DNA from: Chthoniobacteraceae bacterium
Lineage (GTDB): Bacteria > Verrucomicrobiota > Verrucomicrobiia > Chthoniobacterales > Chthoniobacteraceae
Reading direction: 5' to 3'
Length of the DNA: 64,000 nucleotides
Assembly (NCBI GenBank): GCA_031409655.1
Contig: JANNXQ010000105.1
Coordinates: forward strand, 1 to 64,000
Each line of letters starts with the position of its first letter. Position 1 is the first letter of the stretch. Below are positions 47,001 through 56,250 of this stretch, piece by piece. The notes under the pieces were generated by a model, which saw only the letters and a list, made by a program, of their open reading frames with translations, searched no databases and was not told the origin of the DNA. The position numbers and the translations under genes were made by a program.

Positions 47001-50000
47001 TTCACCCCGCTGCCCGGCACCGCGACCATCCTCGCGAGCGCCTCGTCCACGACGGTGAATCTCGCGCCAGTGAATGACGCGTTCTCCGAGCCGCTCGAGA
47101 CGGCGAAGGTGACGATCACGGGTAATGCGGCCTATATCATCAGTCCGCAGGCGTCGAATGTGACGCTGAACATCGTCGATGACGATGTGCAGGTGGTGAA
47201 TGTCACGGCGAGCGATCCGACGGCCACCGAGGTGGATCTCACCGTGCCCGGCGCGGCGGCCGACACCGGCACTTTCCTCGTCACGCGCAGCGGCGACATC
47301 GCGCAGCCGCTCACTGTTTACTACGCCGTCTCGGGCACGAATGGCTCGGGCAATGCCGCGCTCCACGGCGTGGACTACGAGGCGCTGCCCGGCGTGCTGC
47401 TCATCCCGGCTGGCCAGGCCAGCGCGAGCGTCACGATCCTGCCGCGCTTCGATGGGATCGGCGAAGGGAATGAAAACGTGGTCCTGCAACTCGGCGCGGG
47501 GCCGACGAACTACGTCCTGGGCGCGAGCGCGAGTGCCGCACTGACCATGGCGGATGCGGCGGGCGACAAACCCTCGGTGGAAGTGATCCCGCTGACCAGC
47601 GCGACGGAAGGCGGGAGCAACGGCACCTTCCGCATCTCCGCGCGTGGCGCCGGCACTGGCACGCTCGTCGTGCCCTTTTCCCTCTCCGGCTCGGCCACCG
47701 CCGTCACGGACTTCACCGTGACCACGGGCGCCACGATCGCCTTTAACTCCGGCACCCTCACCGGCACCGCGACTTTCACCCTCGCCAATGGCAATCCGGT
47801 GACGATCGACATCCCGATCGTCGCGGTGAACGACGCCGTGGCCGAGCCACTCGAGACTGTGGTGCTCAGCCTCCCGCCTGATCCGGCCTTCCAAACCTAC
47901 GCCCCCACCGCGAGTGCCAGCATGTGGCTGCGGGATAACGACCAGCCGACGATCTACGTGGACACGCAGGTCGGCACGAACGCCGCGACGATCAACACTT
48001 TCACCGAAGGCGCGACGACCTGGCCGGTGAAATTTTACCTTTCGCGCACCGGTGGCACCGTGGCGGACGTCGTGGTGAACTACACCCTCGGCGGCACCGC
48101 GACGAGCGGCCTGGATTACACCGCACTCTCCGGCACGGTGACGATTCCGGCCGGTTCTCTCGGCGTGGATGTGCCGCTCGCGATCATCAATGATACGGAT
48201 TTCGAAGGCACGGAGACCATCGAGTTCACGCTCGCGCCAGGGAGCTACGCGGCGGGCAACTCCGCGACGATGTACCTCGCGGACAATGAAACGAGCACGC
48301 AGACCGTGGCCTTCACCGCGAATAGTAGCCGCGCGCTGGAGAATGCAGGCACGGCGGCGGTCTCGGTGAGGCTGGCCTCGATCGCGACCGCGCCGGCTTC
48401 CGTGGAATACATCGTGGACACCGGCACCCGCGCCGCGACCACGGCCACCTACAACACGCTCCTGAATCCGCAGTGGGTGCGGCTAAAACGGACGGGGAGT
48501 TCGTTTGCCTTTGATTACTCGATGGATGGCGTGACGTGGACTTCGCGGCGCGGGGCCGTGACCATCGGGATGAGTAGTGCCTCTTACCTCGTGGGCCTCG
48601 CCGTCGGCTCGACCACGAGCGGCACCCCGGCCACGGCGACGATCGACAATGTGAGCATCAGCGGCCTGAGCGCAGGCGGGAGCATGGGCGCAGTCGTCTC
48701 GGCAAACATCGGCGCGCCGAGTCCCGCAGGCAGCAGCGCGGAAGCCGCCGGCATCTATACCGTCACCGGCGGCGGCACCGGCATCTCAGAGACCACCGCC
48801 ACGGACGCATTTCGGTACGTTTACTTCCCGATCTCAAATTCCGCGAACTGCACCTTGGTCGCCCGGATTTCTTCCGTCACGAGCACGGATGCGAACGCCG
48901 TCGGCGGAATCATGGTCCGCGAAACGACCGCGGCGAATACGCGCCACGCCTTCCTCGGCGCGCGGCCTGTTGGCACCAGCGAATACATCTACCGCAGCGC
49001 CGCCGCGGCGAATGCGACGAGCGCCACTTCCACCGCGCTCATCCTGCCCTACTGGACGCGCGTCGAGCGTGCCGGGAGTACCTTCAAAGCATGGCGCTCG
49101 CAGAACGGCACGACCTGGACGCAACTTGGCGCCACGCAGACGATGGCCATGTCCGCGGAATTGCTCGCCGGGCTCGCAGTCTCGTCCCGCGCCGATGGCA
49201 CACTTTCCACCGCCGTCTTTGACAATGTCACCTTCTCCACGCCCCCGGTTGGTCCGCTGGAAGGTCGCACGGTCGGCTTTGTGAACGAGCAGGGCAGCGA
49301 CAGCGTCGCGGGCGGCGTTTACACGGTGCTCGGTTCGGGAGCTGGCTTGAACAGCGGGAGCCAGGACGAGTGTCATTTCGTGGCCGCGCCGGTGGTGGGG
49401 GATTTCACCCTCACCGCACGCGTGGTCTCGCAGAGCGGCGGCGCGGCGACGCAGGAGGCCGGCGTGATGATCCGCGAAAACGCGAGCTACCGCAGCCGCA
49501 TGATCCACTCCGGCGCGCAGGGCACCTCGGGTCTGGAGATGGTGGCGCGCACTTCGACGTTCACCAATGCCTTCGGCGCTGGCGTGGATCACACCCTCAC
49601 TACCGGCGTGCTCAATTTCGCGATCGGCGAGCAGACCAGGGACATCACCTTCGAGATCGTCGATGATAACATCAACGAACCCAACGAGGACCTCGCCATC
49701 GTCCTGCGCAATCCCAATGGCGCGCAACTCGTCGGCACGACGCAGCACATTTTCACGATCGAAGACGACGATCTCCCACCAGCGAATCCGTTCGTCGCCT
49801 TCGCCGCGCCGACCTCAAGCATGAGTGAAAGCGCGGGCTCGGGCAGCATCCTCGTGAGCCTCACCGCACCGGCCGGGGCAGCGGTCACGGTGGACTACGC
49901 GGTCGTCGGCGGCACCGCGGCAACGCCCGCCGACTTCACACTCGCGAGTGGCACGCTCAGCTTTGCGCCCGGCGAAAGTGTGAAAGAGATCCCGCTGACG

Positions 50001-52865
50001 ATCGTGGACGATGCGACGATCGAAAGCGGCGAAACCGTGGTCGTGGATTTGACGAACCCGACCGGCGCGCAATTGGGTAGCGGCGCGAGCCACACGCTGA
50101 CGATCACCGATAACGACCGGCCCGTGATCACCATCGCCGCGAGCGATCCGACCGCGAGCGAGGCGGGCGATCCCGGAGAATTCACCGTCACCCGCACTGG
50201 CCCCCCAGTCGGCGCGCTCAGCGTGAATTTCGCCCGCACCGGCACGGCCACCTCGGTCACGGACTTTGCGGCCATCGGCACGAGCGTCGTCATCCCGGAT
50301 ACGCAAGCCAGCGTCACCATCCCGGTGACGCCGATCCAGGACACGACGAACGAAGGCAGTGAAACGGTGATCGTCACCGTCTCCGCGAATGCGGCTTACA
50401 CCGTCGGCACGCCCAATGCCGCGACGGTCACGATCCTCGACGACGATCGGAGCACCGTGACGGTCGTGGCGAACGATCCCACGGCCAGCGAGACGGCGGG
50501 CAATACCGGGCAATTCACGATCGCGCGCACCGCGCCGACGACCGGCGCGCTCACGGTGAATCTCACCGTCACCGGCAACGCCACGAACGGCACCGACTAC
50601 CCGAGCATCGCCGCGACCGTCGCCTTCACCTCGGGACAAGCGAGCCGCACGGTGAACGTCACGCCGACGAATGACTCGATCACCGAAGGCCCCGAAGTGG
50701 TGACGCTGCAAATCGCCAGCGGCACCTACGACATCGGCGCGCAGAGTTACGACGACGTCACCATCGTGGACAATGACAGCCCGCCCGCGCTCTTCATCGC
50801 GAGCCCGAGCGCCCAGGGGCCGCTGGTCGCGAGCACGAATGGACTCATCGTCTCCGCGACCGTGACGGATGACGGCGCACCTTTCCCCGTGACTCTCCTT
50901 TGGACGCAAGTCAGTGGGCCGGGCGTCGCGATCTTTGAGTCGCCGGCGAGTGCCACGAGCGCGGTCACTTTCTCCGCCGCTGGCATCTACGTCCTGCGGG
51001 TGACCGCAGATGACGGGCAATTCACGGTGAGCGATCAGGTCAGCGTGAATATCGGCGCGGCGATCTCGGCTACCTCGTGGATCAGCCAGGATTTGAATCC
51101 GTCCTCCTCGCGCCGCGGGCAGAGCGGCGAGGTCGGGGGCGTCTTCACCGTGAGTGGTACCGGCGTGGGCTACGGCGGCTCGGCGGACGGCGCGCACGTC
51201 ATGGTGAAGCCGGTGGACAGTGGCGATTCCTCGATCGTCGCGCGCCTTACTGCGCTCACCGGCCCGGGCACGCCGCTCGCCGGCCTCACCATCCGCGACA
51301 ATCTGTGGCAGGGTGCCGCGCGCGCCGTGCTCGGCTACGAGCCCGTCAATGGAGTGCGCTTCCGCACCCGCACCTCCGCCAATGCGGCCGACACGACCAC
51401 GCCGCCGGTCGCCGCGACGCTCCCGCTTTGGTTGAAACTTGAGCGCAACGCCACGACGGACGTCTTCACGGCGTCGTTTGCGCCCGATGTCGCCGGTGCG
51501 CCCGGGGTGTGGACGCCGGTCGGAACTCCGACGGCGCTGACCAACTTCGACGCCAGCGCCCGCCTCGGTCTCACGACGACGAGCAACGCCACCAGCGCCA
51601 CGGCCACGGCGACCTTCGACAACGTCGCGATCACTCCAGCGGCGGGCCCGCCGTCTGTCCTGAGCGAAGATGAAAACTCCACCGTCTCCGCGACGCTGCC
51701 GGGCTCCGCGAGCTTCAGTGCCGGCACGTACACCGTCACCGGCGGACCGGGCACTGGCTACTTCTACGGCTGGCAATATCACGGCGATCTCATGATCACC
51801 GCGAAGCACGCGGGTGCCACGAGCGGCGCGGGCTCCGCACGCAGCGGCATCATCATCCGCGAGAGTTCGCAGAGCGGTGCGAATGCCTACATGGGTCGCA
51901 TCCCGGTCGGTTCCTACAACGGCTTCTCGTGGACCGCCGTGGCCGGCGGGAGCGGCGGTGGCGTGCCGACTTTCACCGGCACTGTGCGCTGGATTCGCCT
52001 GATCCGGCGCGGCAATAACGTCACCGCCTTCCATGCCGCCGACTCCGGGGGCAATCCCGGCACCTGGGCGCAAGTCGGCCAGCCGCAGACCGTGATCATG
52101 ACGCCGAATGTGCTCGTCGGCTTCTCCGTGAACAACAATTCCGGCGTCGGCTACAACACCGTCACCTTCACGAACCTGAGCATCGTCGCGCTGAACAAAG
52201 CGCCGCTCGTGGAGGCTGGCACCGCGCTCTCCGGCGTGATCGGCCCAGTGACTCTGGATGGCACGGTGAGCGACGACAGCTTCCCCGCGCCGCCGGCGCT
52301 GCTCTCGCAGTGGAGCAAACGCAGCGGTCCGGGCACGGTCGCCTTTGGCAATGGGGCGCTCGTGGATACCACCGCGACCGTCGCCCTCGGCGGCGCCTAC
52401 ACGCTGCGCCTGCAAGTGGATGACGGCAGCGCGGAGACCTTCGACGACGTCAGCTTCACGGGAGCGACCACGCCTTTTGAGCAATGGCAGGCGCAGAAAT
52501 GGGCGGCCGGTGCTTCCGATCCGAATGCTGCGGCGCTGGCCAATCCCGACGCCGACGCGTGGTCGAATCTCTTCGAGTACGCCACCGGCACCGACCCGCG
52601 TTCCGCCGCCCACGCGAACCCCGTGCTTTTCGACATCGAGACCATCGGCAGCAACCGCTACCTGCGCCTCACGGTCACGAAAAACGCGAGCGCCACGGAT
52701 GTCGTCACCGAGGTGCAGGCCACGAGCGATCTCAGCAACGTCGGGAGCTGGAGCAGCGCCGGTCTCGTGACCGAAGCGAACACCACCACGCTCCTCCGCG
52801 TCCGCGACAACGTCCCGCTCGGCAGCGGCCCCACCCGCTATCTCCGCGTGAAAGTGACGCACTGA
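44070..52865 (+). CDS. Giant secreted zinc metalloprotease (M11-like) with PKD, Calx-beta repeats and ConA-like domains
   Basis: HEIGHCFGLAH at 45381-45413, EYGDPYDNMG Met-turn; many GTA...DY...D...EG.E repeats. Confidence 0.88.
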   Translation: MPRKFTLFAAVLAISTLAVLLQPKRTPSAPAHPLPEGAPLAVAAPEPVRVVPAAASRIAAQFPVAVPAKAEPFTEWTARFLTTPAQDRPALVAEGVQRAAARRPVFKKLIQEDPRRALAEAVPMVVRQQLPAEILTQLEQRVNGVGALRVYQGVPAEAAPTPTKSLTVRKVEMRDGATYQAHVYGRRAETVLWTPGASLNGVAIDTEFAVNEDPFRQLEVGEKPDAAKPIASLCPVSGKNAVDAEHASEPVAETTPAIETATETLFFCDGSHITLYKGTLIMAEGGSGGAFGYTGILPAVPTPSIGVVRVLFLPVTYLDQNAVPCTEAKGYQLLRDVSDFYAKSSFGKLTLVPVVTPPIKLPHTEAWYIQRDTSNGGDIDGEGTSHNHARTEARRMGFDDANYDCVVMRHEGGPGAYGGLGGGSSVWVRGDSVATLAHEIGHCFGLAHANFWDTAGTSAIGNGTNGEYGDPYDNMGSGGFPAAQYNAQAKNQTKWLPDAFIQRVTQSGMYRIYAFDQTSLDPSNRYALTIVKDAQRTYWGEVRSLFTTNPWTEKGLILGWRFPSGGGNNIQLIDTTPGTPAGNSSKEDAPISLGSTFSDFESGIHITTVNVNASPRYVEVVVNVGDFPTNQAPTLALAASTDVVPVGGTVTFTATASDPDSDPLAYGWQHFGDTNYKVVEASGPVITRTFTAAGTYVVTCTASDMKGGTATRSRLITVGSGNGRFTISGRITQLGQGLAGVTVKANGANGVVTDSDGYYAVPNLTANTYVLSPLLYGYAFGELFENNVSVGPSFTGANFVAAEDSAVTIAASLPTANELAPVTAGRFTFTRTGDISQTLLVNVNTVQGSATKTTDYTLTPDYVTASQGFSSFMIPADSATLDVVVTPVVDTAAEGPETVTLQVGPGIGYVIGGQASATVTIADDDTTLPKVSVSFAPSSIGENSGSLAVLTFSAAAPVAANLTINYTVTGTASSGTDFTPLPGTATILASASSTTVNLAPVNDAFSEPLETAKVTITGNAAYIISPQASNVTLNIVDDDVQVVNVTASDPTATEVDLTVPGAAADTGTFLVTRSGDIAQPLTVYYAVSGTNGSGNAALHGVDYEALPGVLLIPAGQASASVTILPRFDGIGEGNENVVLQLGAGPTNYVLGASASAALTMADAAGDKPSVEVIPLTSATEGGSNGTFRISARGAGTGTLVVPFSLSGSATAVTDFTVTTGATIAFNSGTLTGTATFTLANGNPVTIDIPIVAVNDAVAEPLETVVLSLPPDPAFQTYAPTASASMWLRDNDQPTIYVDTQVGTNAATINTFTEGATTWPVKFYLSRTGGTVADVVVNYTLGGTATSGLDYTALSGTVTIPAGSLGVDVPLAIINDTDFEGTETIEFTLAPGSYAAGNSATMYLADNETSTQTVAFTANSSRALENAGTAAVSVRLASIATAPASVEYIVDTGTRAATTATYNTLLNPQWVRLKRTGSSFAFDYSMDGVTWTSRRGAVTIGMSSASYLVGLAVGSTTSGTPATATIDNVSISGLSAGGSMGAVVSANIGAPSPAGSSAEAAGIYTVTGGGTGISETTATDAFRYVYFPISNSANCTLVARISSVTSTDANAVGGIMVRETTAANTRHAFLGARPVGTSEYIYRSAAAANATSATSTALILPYWTRVERAGSTFKAWRSQNGTTWTQLGATQTMAMSAELLAGLAVSSRADGTLSTAVFDNVTFSTPPVGPLEGRTVGFVNEQGSDSVAGGVYTVLGSGAGLNSGSQDECHFVAAPVVGDFTLTARVVSQSGGAATQEAGVMIRENASYRSRMIHSGAQGTSGLEMVARTSTFTNAFGAGVDHTLTTGVLNFAIGEQTRDITFEIVDDNINEPNEDLAIVLRNPNGAQLVGTTQHIFTIEDDDLPPANPFVAFAAPTSSMSESAGSGSILVSLTAPAGAAVTVDYAVVGGTAATPADFTLASGTLSFAPGESVKEIPLTIVDDATIESGETVVVDLTNPTGAQLGSGASHTLTITDNDRPVITIAASDPTASEAGDPGEFTVTRTGPPVGALSVNFARTGTATSVTDFAAIGTSVVIPDTQASVTIPVTPIQDTTNEGSETVIVTVSANAAYTVGTPNAATVTILDDDRSTVTVVANDPTASETAGNTGQFTIARTAPTTGALTVNLTVTGNATNGTDYPSIAATVAFTSGQASRTVNVTPTNDSITEGPEVVTLQIASGTYDIGAQSYDDVTIVDNDSPPALFIASPSAQGPLVASTNGLIVSATVTDDGAPFPVTLLWTQVSGPGVAIFESPASATSAVTFSAAGIYVLRVTADDGQFTVSDQVSVNIGAAISATSWISQDLNPSSSRRGQSGEVGGVFTVSGTGVGYGGSADGAHVMVKPVDSGDSSIVARLTALTGPGTPLAGLTIRDNLWQGAARAVLGYEPVNGVRFRTRTSANAADTTTPPVAATLPLWLKLERNATTDVFTASFAPDVAGAPGVWTPVGTPTALTNFDASARLGLTTTSNATSATATATFDNVAITPAAGPPSVLSEDENSTVSATLPGSASFSAGTYTVTGGPGTGYFYGWQYHGDLMITAKHAGATSGAGSARSGIIIRESSQSGANAYMGRIPVGSYNGFSWTAVAGGSGGGVPTFTGTVRWIRLIRRGNNVTAFHAADSGGNPGTWAQVGQPQTVIMTPNVLVGFSVNNNSGVGYNTVTFTNLSIVALNKAPLVEAGTALSGVIGPVTLDGTVSDDSFPAPPALLSQWSKRSGPGTVAFGNGALVDTTATVALGGAYTLRLQVDDGSAETFDDVSFTGATTPFEQWQAQKWAAGASDPNAAALANPDADAWSNLFEYATGTDPRSAAHANPVLFDIETIGSNRYLRLTVTKNASATDVVTEVQATSDLSNVGSWSSAGLVTEANTTTLLRVRDNVPLGSGPTRYLRVKVTH

Positions 52866-52901
52866 CCTCCGCTCCGCGGACGCGTATGACGGAGAGAGAG
52901 C

Positions 52902-52981
52902 GACCACGGATTGCACAGATTACCCAGACGAAGACTGGAGAGGCGCTGCGTTCCTTCCTCCCATCTGTGAAATCTGTGGTC
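52902..52981. repeat. Imperfect inverted repeat with CACAGATT-type nonamer units
   Basis: GACCACGGATTGCACAGATT ... ATCTGTGAAATCTGTGGTC. Confidence 0.7.
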
Positions 52982-53100
52982 CTCCCCATCCTCCGCATCC
53001 AAGCAAGGTGCAGATCGAGGGCGGTCGCGACGTTTCAGGTCAAAGGTCCCGCTTCTGCATTGATTCCATAGAGACTCCTTCCGCATATCTCATCGCACTC

Positions 53101-54417
53101 ATGACTCTCTCCCCACTCCGCCTCGCCGCCGTTACCCTCGCGTTCACCTTCACCGCCAGCGCCGAAAACTGGCCGCAGTGGCGCGGCCCGAATCTCGATG
53201 GCACTTCGCCGGAAAAAAATCTGCCCGTGGAGTGGAGCGTGGAGAAAGGGGTGAAGTGGAAGACGCCGCTGCCGGGCTTCAGCGGCGCGACGCCGGCGAT
53301 CTGGGGCGACTCGATCTTTGTCAGTTCGCCCGACGAGAACAAAAACCTCCTCCTGCTTTGCCTGAACAAGAAAGACGGGACGGTTCGCTGGAAAGTGCAG
53401 CTCGGGGAGGGCGACATCAACAAAGGCAAAGGCAACATGGCGTCCCCTTCGCCAGTGACCGACGGCAAGACCGTCTGGGCGCTCTTCGGCACCGGCGATC
53501 TCGCGGCGCTCGATTTTCAAGGGAAGATTTTGTGGAAGCGTAATCTCGGCACCGACTACGGGAAGTTTGCCATCATGTGGCTCTACGGCTCCTCGCCGCT
53601 GCTCTTCGATGGCCGCCTGTATGTCCAGGTCCTCCAGCGTTCTCCTGCCCCGGCGGATTATCCCGGCCTCGCTGGCTCCGCCGGCGATCGCGAGAGCTAT
53701 CTCCTCGCGCTCGATCCGCAGACGGGCAAGACCCAGTGGAAGCACGTCCGCACGACCACCGCGACCATCGAAGCGATGGAGAGCTACGCCACGCCCGTGC
53801 CGCACAAAGTCGGCGGCAAGATGCAGCTCCTCGTCGTTGGCGGCGATTGCCTGACCGGCCACAATCCCGCCACGGGCCAAGAACTCTGGCGCGGCTACGG
53901 CCTCAATCCCAAGCAGGGAGCCTTCATGCGCGTCGTGCCGAGTCCCGTGAGCGCCGGAAATCTGGCCATCGCCTGCGGCCCGAAAAAGGAACCGCTGCTC
54001 GCCTTCCACACCGACCGCACCGGCGACATCTCGGAGACCGGCGTGGCTTGGAAGTTGGACGAAGACAAGACGCCCGACGTCTGCACTCCGGTCTATTCGA
54101 ACGGGAAACTTTACGCGCTCGATGGCGACAAGTCGCACACCCTCACCTGCTTCAATGCGAAGACCGGAGAAAAACTCTGGGAGGGTCAGGTGCCCGAGAG
54201 CGGCACCGTCATCCGCTCCTCGCCCACGCTGGCCGATGGGAAGCTCTACATCGTCAATGAAAAGGGCACGACCTACGTCATCGACGCCACGGCCAGCGAG
54301 TTCAAGCTCCTCGCGACGAATGTGCTGCCCGACGAAAACGTGCGCGGCACGATCGCCGTGAGCGACGGGCAGCTCTTCATCCGCGGCACGCAGTTCCTCT
54401 ACTGCATCGGGAAGTAA
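53101..54417 (+). CDS. Secreted PQQ-like beta-propeller protein
   Basis: ENWPQWRGP, ASPSPVTDG, SYATP. Confidence 0.88.
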   Translation: MTLSPLRLAAVTLAFTFTASAENWPQWRGPNLDGTSPEKNLPVEWSVEKGVKWKTPLPGFSGATPAIWGDSIFVSSPDENKNLLLLCLNKKDGTVRWKVQLGEGDINKGKGNMASPSPVTDGKTVWALFGTGDLAALDFQGKILWKRNLGTDYGKFAIMWLYGSSPLLFDGRLYVQVLQRSPAPADYPGLAGSAGDRESYLLALDPQTGKTQWKHVRTTTATIEAMESYATPVPHKVGGKMQLLVVGGDCLTGHNPATGQELWRGYGLNPKQGAFMRVVPSPVSAGNLAIACGPKKEPLLAFHTDRTGDISETGVAWKLDEDKTPDVCTPVYSNGKLYALDGDKSHTLTCFNAKTGEKLWEGQVPESGTVIRSSPTLADGKLYIVNEKGTTYVIDATASEFKLLATNVLPDENVRGTIAVSDGQLFIRGTQFLYCIGK

Positions 54418-54428
54418 GCGCTCACGGA

Positions 54429-54857
54429 CTACTGGCCGCGCAAATGCGGCCAGCGGTCCTGCCATTCTGCCGGGGGACGCACGGGTTTTCCCGCGGGCAT
54501 CTGGACGACGGCGAGCATCTGCCGGCACGTCACGATGAGCGCGGCATCCGCCGGGCGGCGGATTTCAAAGGCCATCCAGAAGCGCGAACGCTCGAGCCGA
54601 TCGAGCCAGCCGTGGATCGCGAGCTGGTCGCCGAGCACCGCGGGTCTGCGATAGTCGATCTCCGTGCGCACGACCACGGGATAAAGCTGCGTCTTCGCCA
54701 TCGCCACGAGTCCCATGCCAAGCTGTTCGGCGAGCAGCGTGCGGTTCGTCTCGATAAAGCGGAGATACGCGATGTTATGCACCACGGCGGCGCAATCGGT
54801 GTCGAAGAACATCACCTGCACGGAGGTTTCGAGGCGCGGGGCAGTCGATTCGGTCAT
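54429..54857 (-). CDS. 4HBT/YbgC-like hotdog-fold thioesterase
   Basis: DTDCAAVVHNIAYLRFIE, IDYRRPA. Confidence 0.88.
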   Translation of the reverse strand: MTESTAPRLETSVQVMFFDTDCAAVVHNIAYLRFIETNRTLLAEQLGMGLVAMAKTQLYPVVVRTEIDYRRPAVLGDQLAIHGWLDRLERSRFWMAFEIRRPADAALIVTCRQMLAVVQMPAGKPVRPPAEWQDRWPHLRGQ

Positions 54858-54948
54858 CCGCGCAATATGCAGAGCGCGGCGGCAAACTCGAAATGAAAGA
54901 CCGCCCGCCTTGCGCACCGCACCCTGCTCCGCAGTATGCTCGCCGCGC

Positions 54949-56061
54949 ATGAAGACCACCCGCATCGACGTCGATCTCGGCCCGCGCAGTTATCCCATCC
55001 TCATCGGCGGCGGGCTGCTGGAGACGCTTGGCACGATCCTGCGCGCGCACGGGCTGCCGCAGAAAAACGCCTTCGTCGTCACCAACCCGCAGGTCGGCGG
55101 AATCTATTTTGCGAGGCTCGCCGCCGCGCTTACCGCAGCCGGATTCAGCCGCGTGGTCCGGCACGAGATCCCGCCCAGCGAGGAAGGGAAAAGCTGGGAC
55201 GAATTTTCGAAGACCTGCGCCGCGCTGCTGGAAAATTTCCCCGACACCGGCGCCATCCCGCTGGTCCTGCTGCTCGGCGGCGGGGTCGTCGGCGATCTCG
55301 GCGGATTCGCCGCCGGCGTCTTTCGGCGCGGCGTGCCTTTCGTGCAATTGCCGACCACCCTGCTCGCGGCCGTGGATTCCAGCGTCGGCGGCAAAGTCGC
55401 GGTGAATTTCGGCGGCGTGAAAAACATCATGGGCATCTTCAATCAGCCGCGGCTCGTGGTCTGCGATCTCGAGCTGCTCCGCACGCTCGATCCCCGCGAA
55501 GTCCGCAGCGGCACGAGTGAGATCATCAAGTATGGCGCGGTCTGCTCGCGTTCGCTTTTCGAGCAGCTCGAAGGTGGCGAGATCGAGCGGCTGCTGGCGC
55601 TCGATCCCGCGGTGCTCGCCGACATCGTCGCGCAGTGCGTGGCGCTGAAGGCGCGGGTGGTCGAGCAGGATGAGTTCGACAAAAAGGGCATCCGCAACGT
55701 GCTCAACTTTGGCCACACCATCGGCCACGCTCTGGAACTCAGCGCTGACTACGCGCTCACCCACGGTGAAGCCATCTCCATTGGCATGCTCGCCGCCACC
55801 CGCCTGGCGGTGCAGCTCGGCACTTGTCCGCAGGATTTCCACTCCCGCCTCCAGGCGCTCTTCGAACGCGCCGGCTTGCCGCAGTTTTTCCCCGACGCCG
55901 AAGGGCTCTTCGACCGCATCGTGCGCGCCCTCCAGATGGACAAAAAGTTCCGCGACGGGAAAAATCTCTTCGTGCTGCCCACGGGAGTCGGAGCTTGGAA
56001 GCAGCAGCAGGACATCGACTGGAAGCTTGTGAATGAAGCCGTGCGCGGCTGCTTGCAGTAG
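54949..56061 (+). CDS. aroB: 3-dehydroquinate synthase
   Basis: GGGVVGD, PTTLLAAVDSSVGGK, LNFGHTIGHALE, HGEA, DKK. Confidence 0.93.
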   Translation: MKTTRIDVDLGPRSYPILIGGGLLETLGTILRAHGLPQKNAFVVTNPQVGGIYFARLAAALTAAGFSRVVRHEIPPSEEGKSWDEFSKTCAALLENFPDTGAIPLVLLLGGGVVGDLGGFAAGVFRRGVPFVQLPTTLLAAVDSSVGGKVAVNFGGVKNIMGIFNQPRLVVCDLELLRTLDPREVRSGTSEIIKYGAVCSRSLFEQLEGGEIERLLALDPAVLADIVAQCVALKARVVEQDEFDKKGIRNVLNFGHTIGHALELSADYALTHGEAISIGMLAATRLAVQLGTCPQDFHSRLQALFERAGLPQFFPDAEGLFDRIVRALQMDKKFRDGKNLFVLPTGVGAWKQQQDIDWKLVNEAVRGCLQ

Positions 56062-56073
56062 TGCGTCGAAGAA

Positions 56074-56170
56074 GCGCCAAACTTCAAACTTCAAACGCTA
56101 AACGCCAAACGCCCCCGCTTTCACGCCAGTCTTCCTTTGGCGTTTAGCGTTTGGCGTTTGAAGTTTGGCG
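56074..56170. repeat. Inverted heptamer tandem repeat (CAAACGC/CAAACTT units)
   Basis: CGCCAAACTTCAAACTTCAAACGCTAAACGCCAAA ... TTTGGCGTTTAGCGTTTGGCGTTTGAAGTTTGGCG. Confidence 0.88.
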
Positions 56171-56250
56171 TTTTTCCCCGCTGCAAACCCCCGCTTTCCC
56201 TCCCTTGCGCCGGAGCGTTGCGACGGCAATGATGCAGCACTCTTTTTGCA

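Noticed and set aside
43683..52916. Long minus-strand ORFs (1042 aa, 1033 aa and others) opposite the giant protease
   Set aside because: Antisense shadows of a GC-rich gene; Arg/Gly-rich with no motifs.
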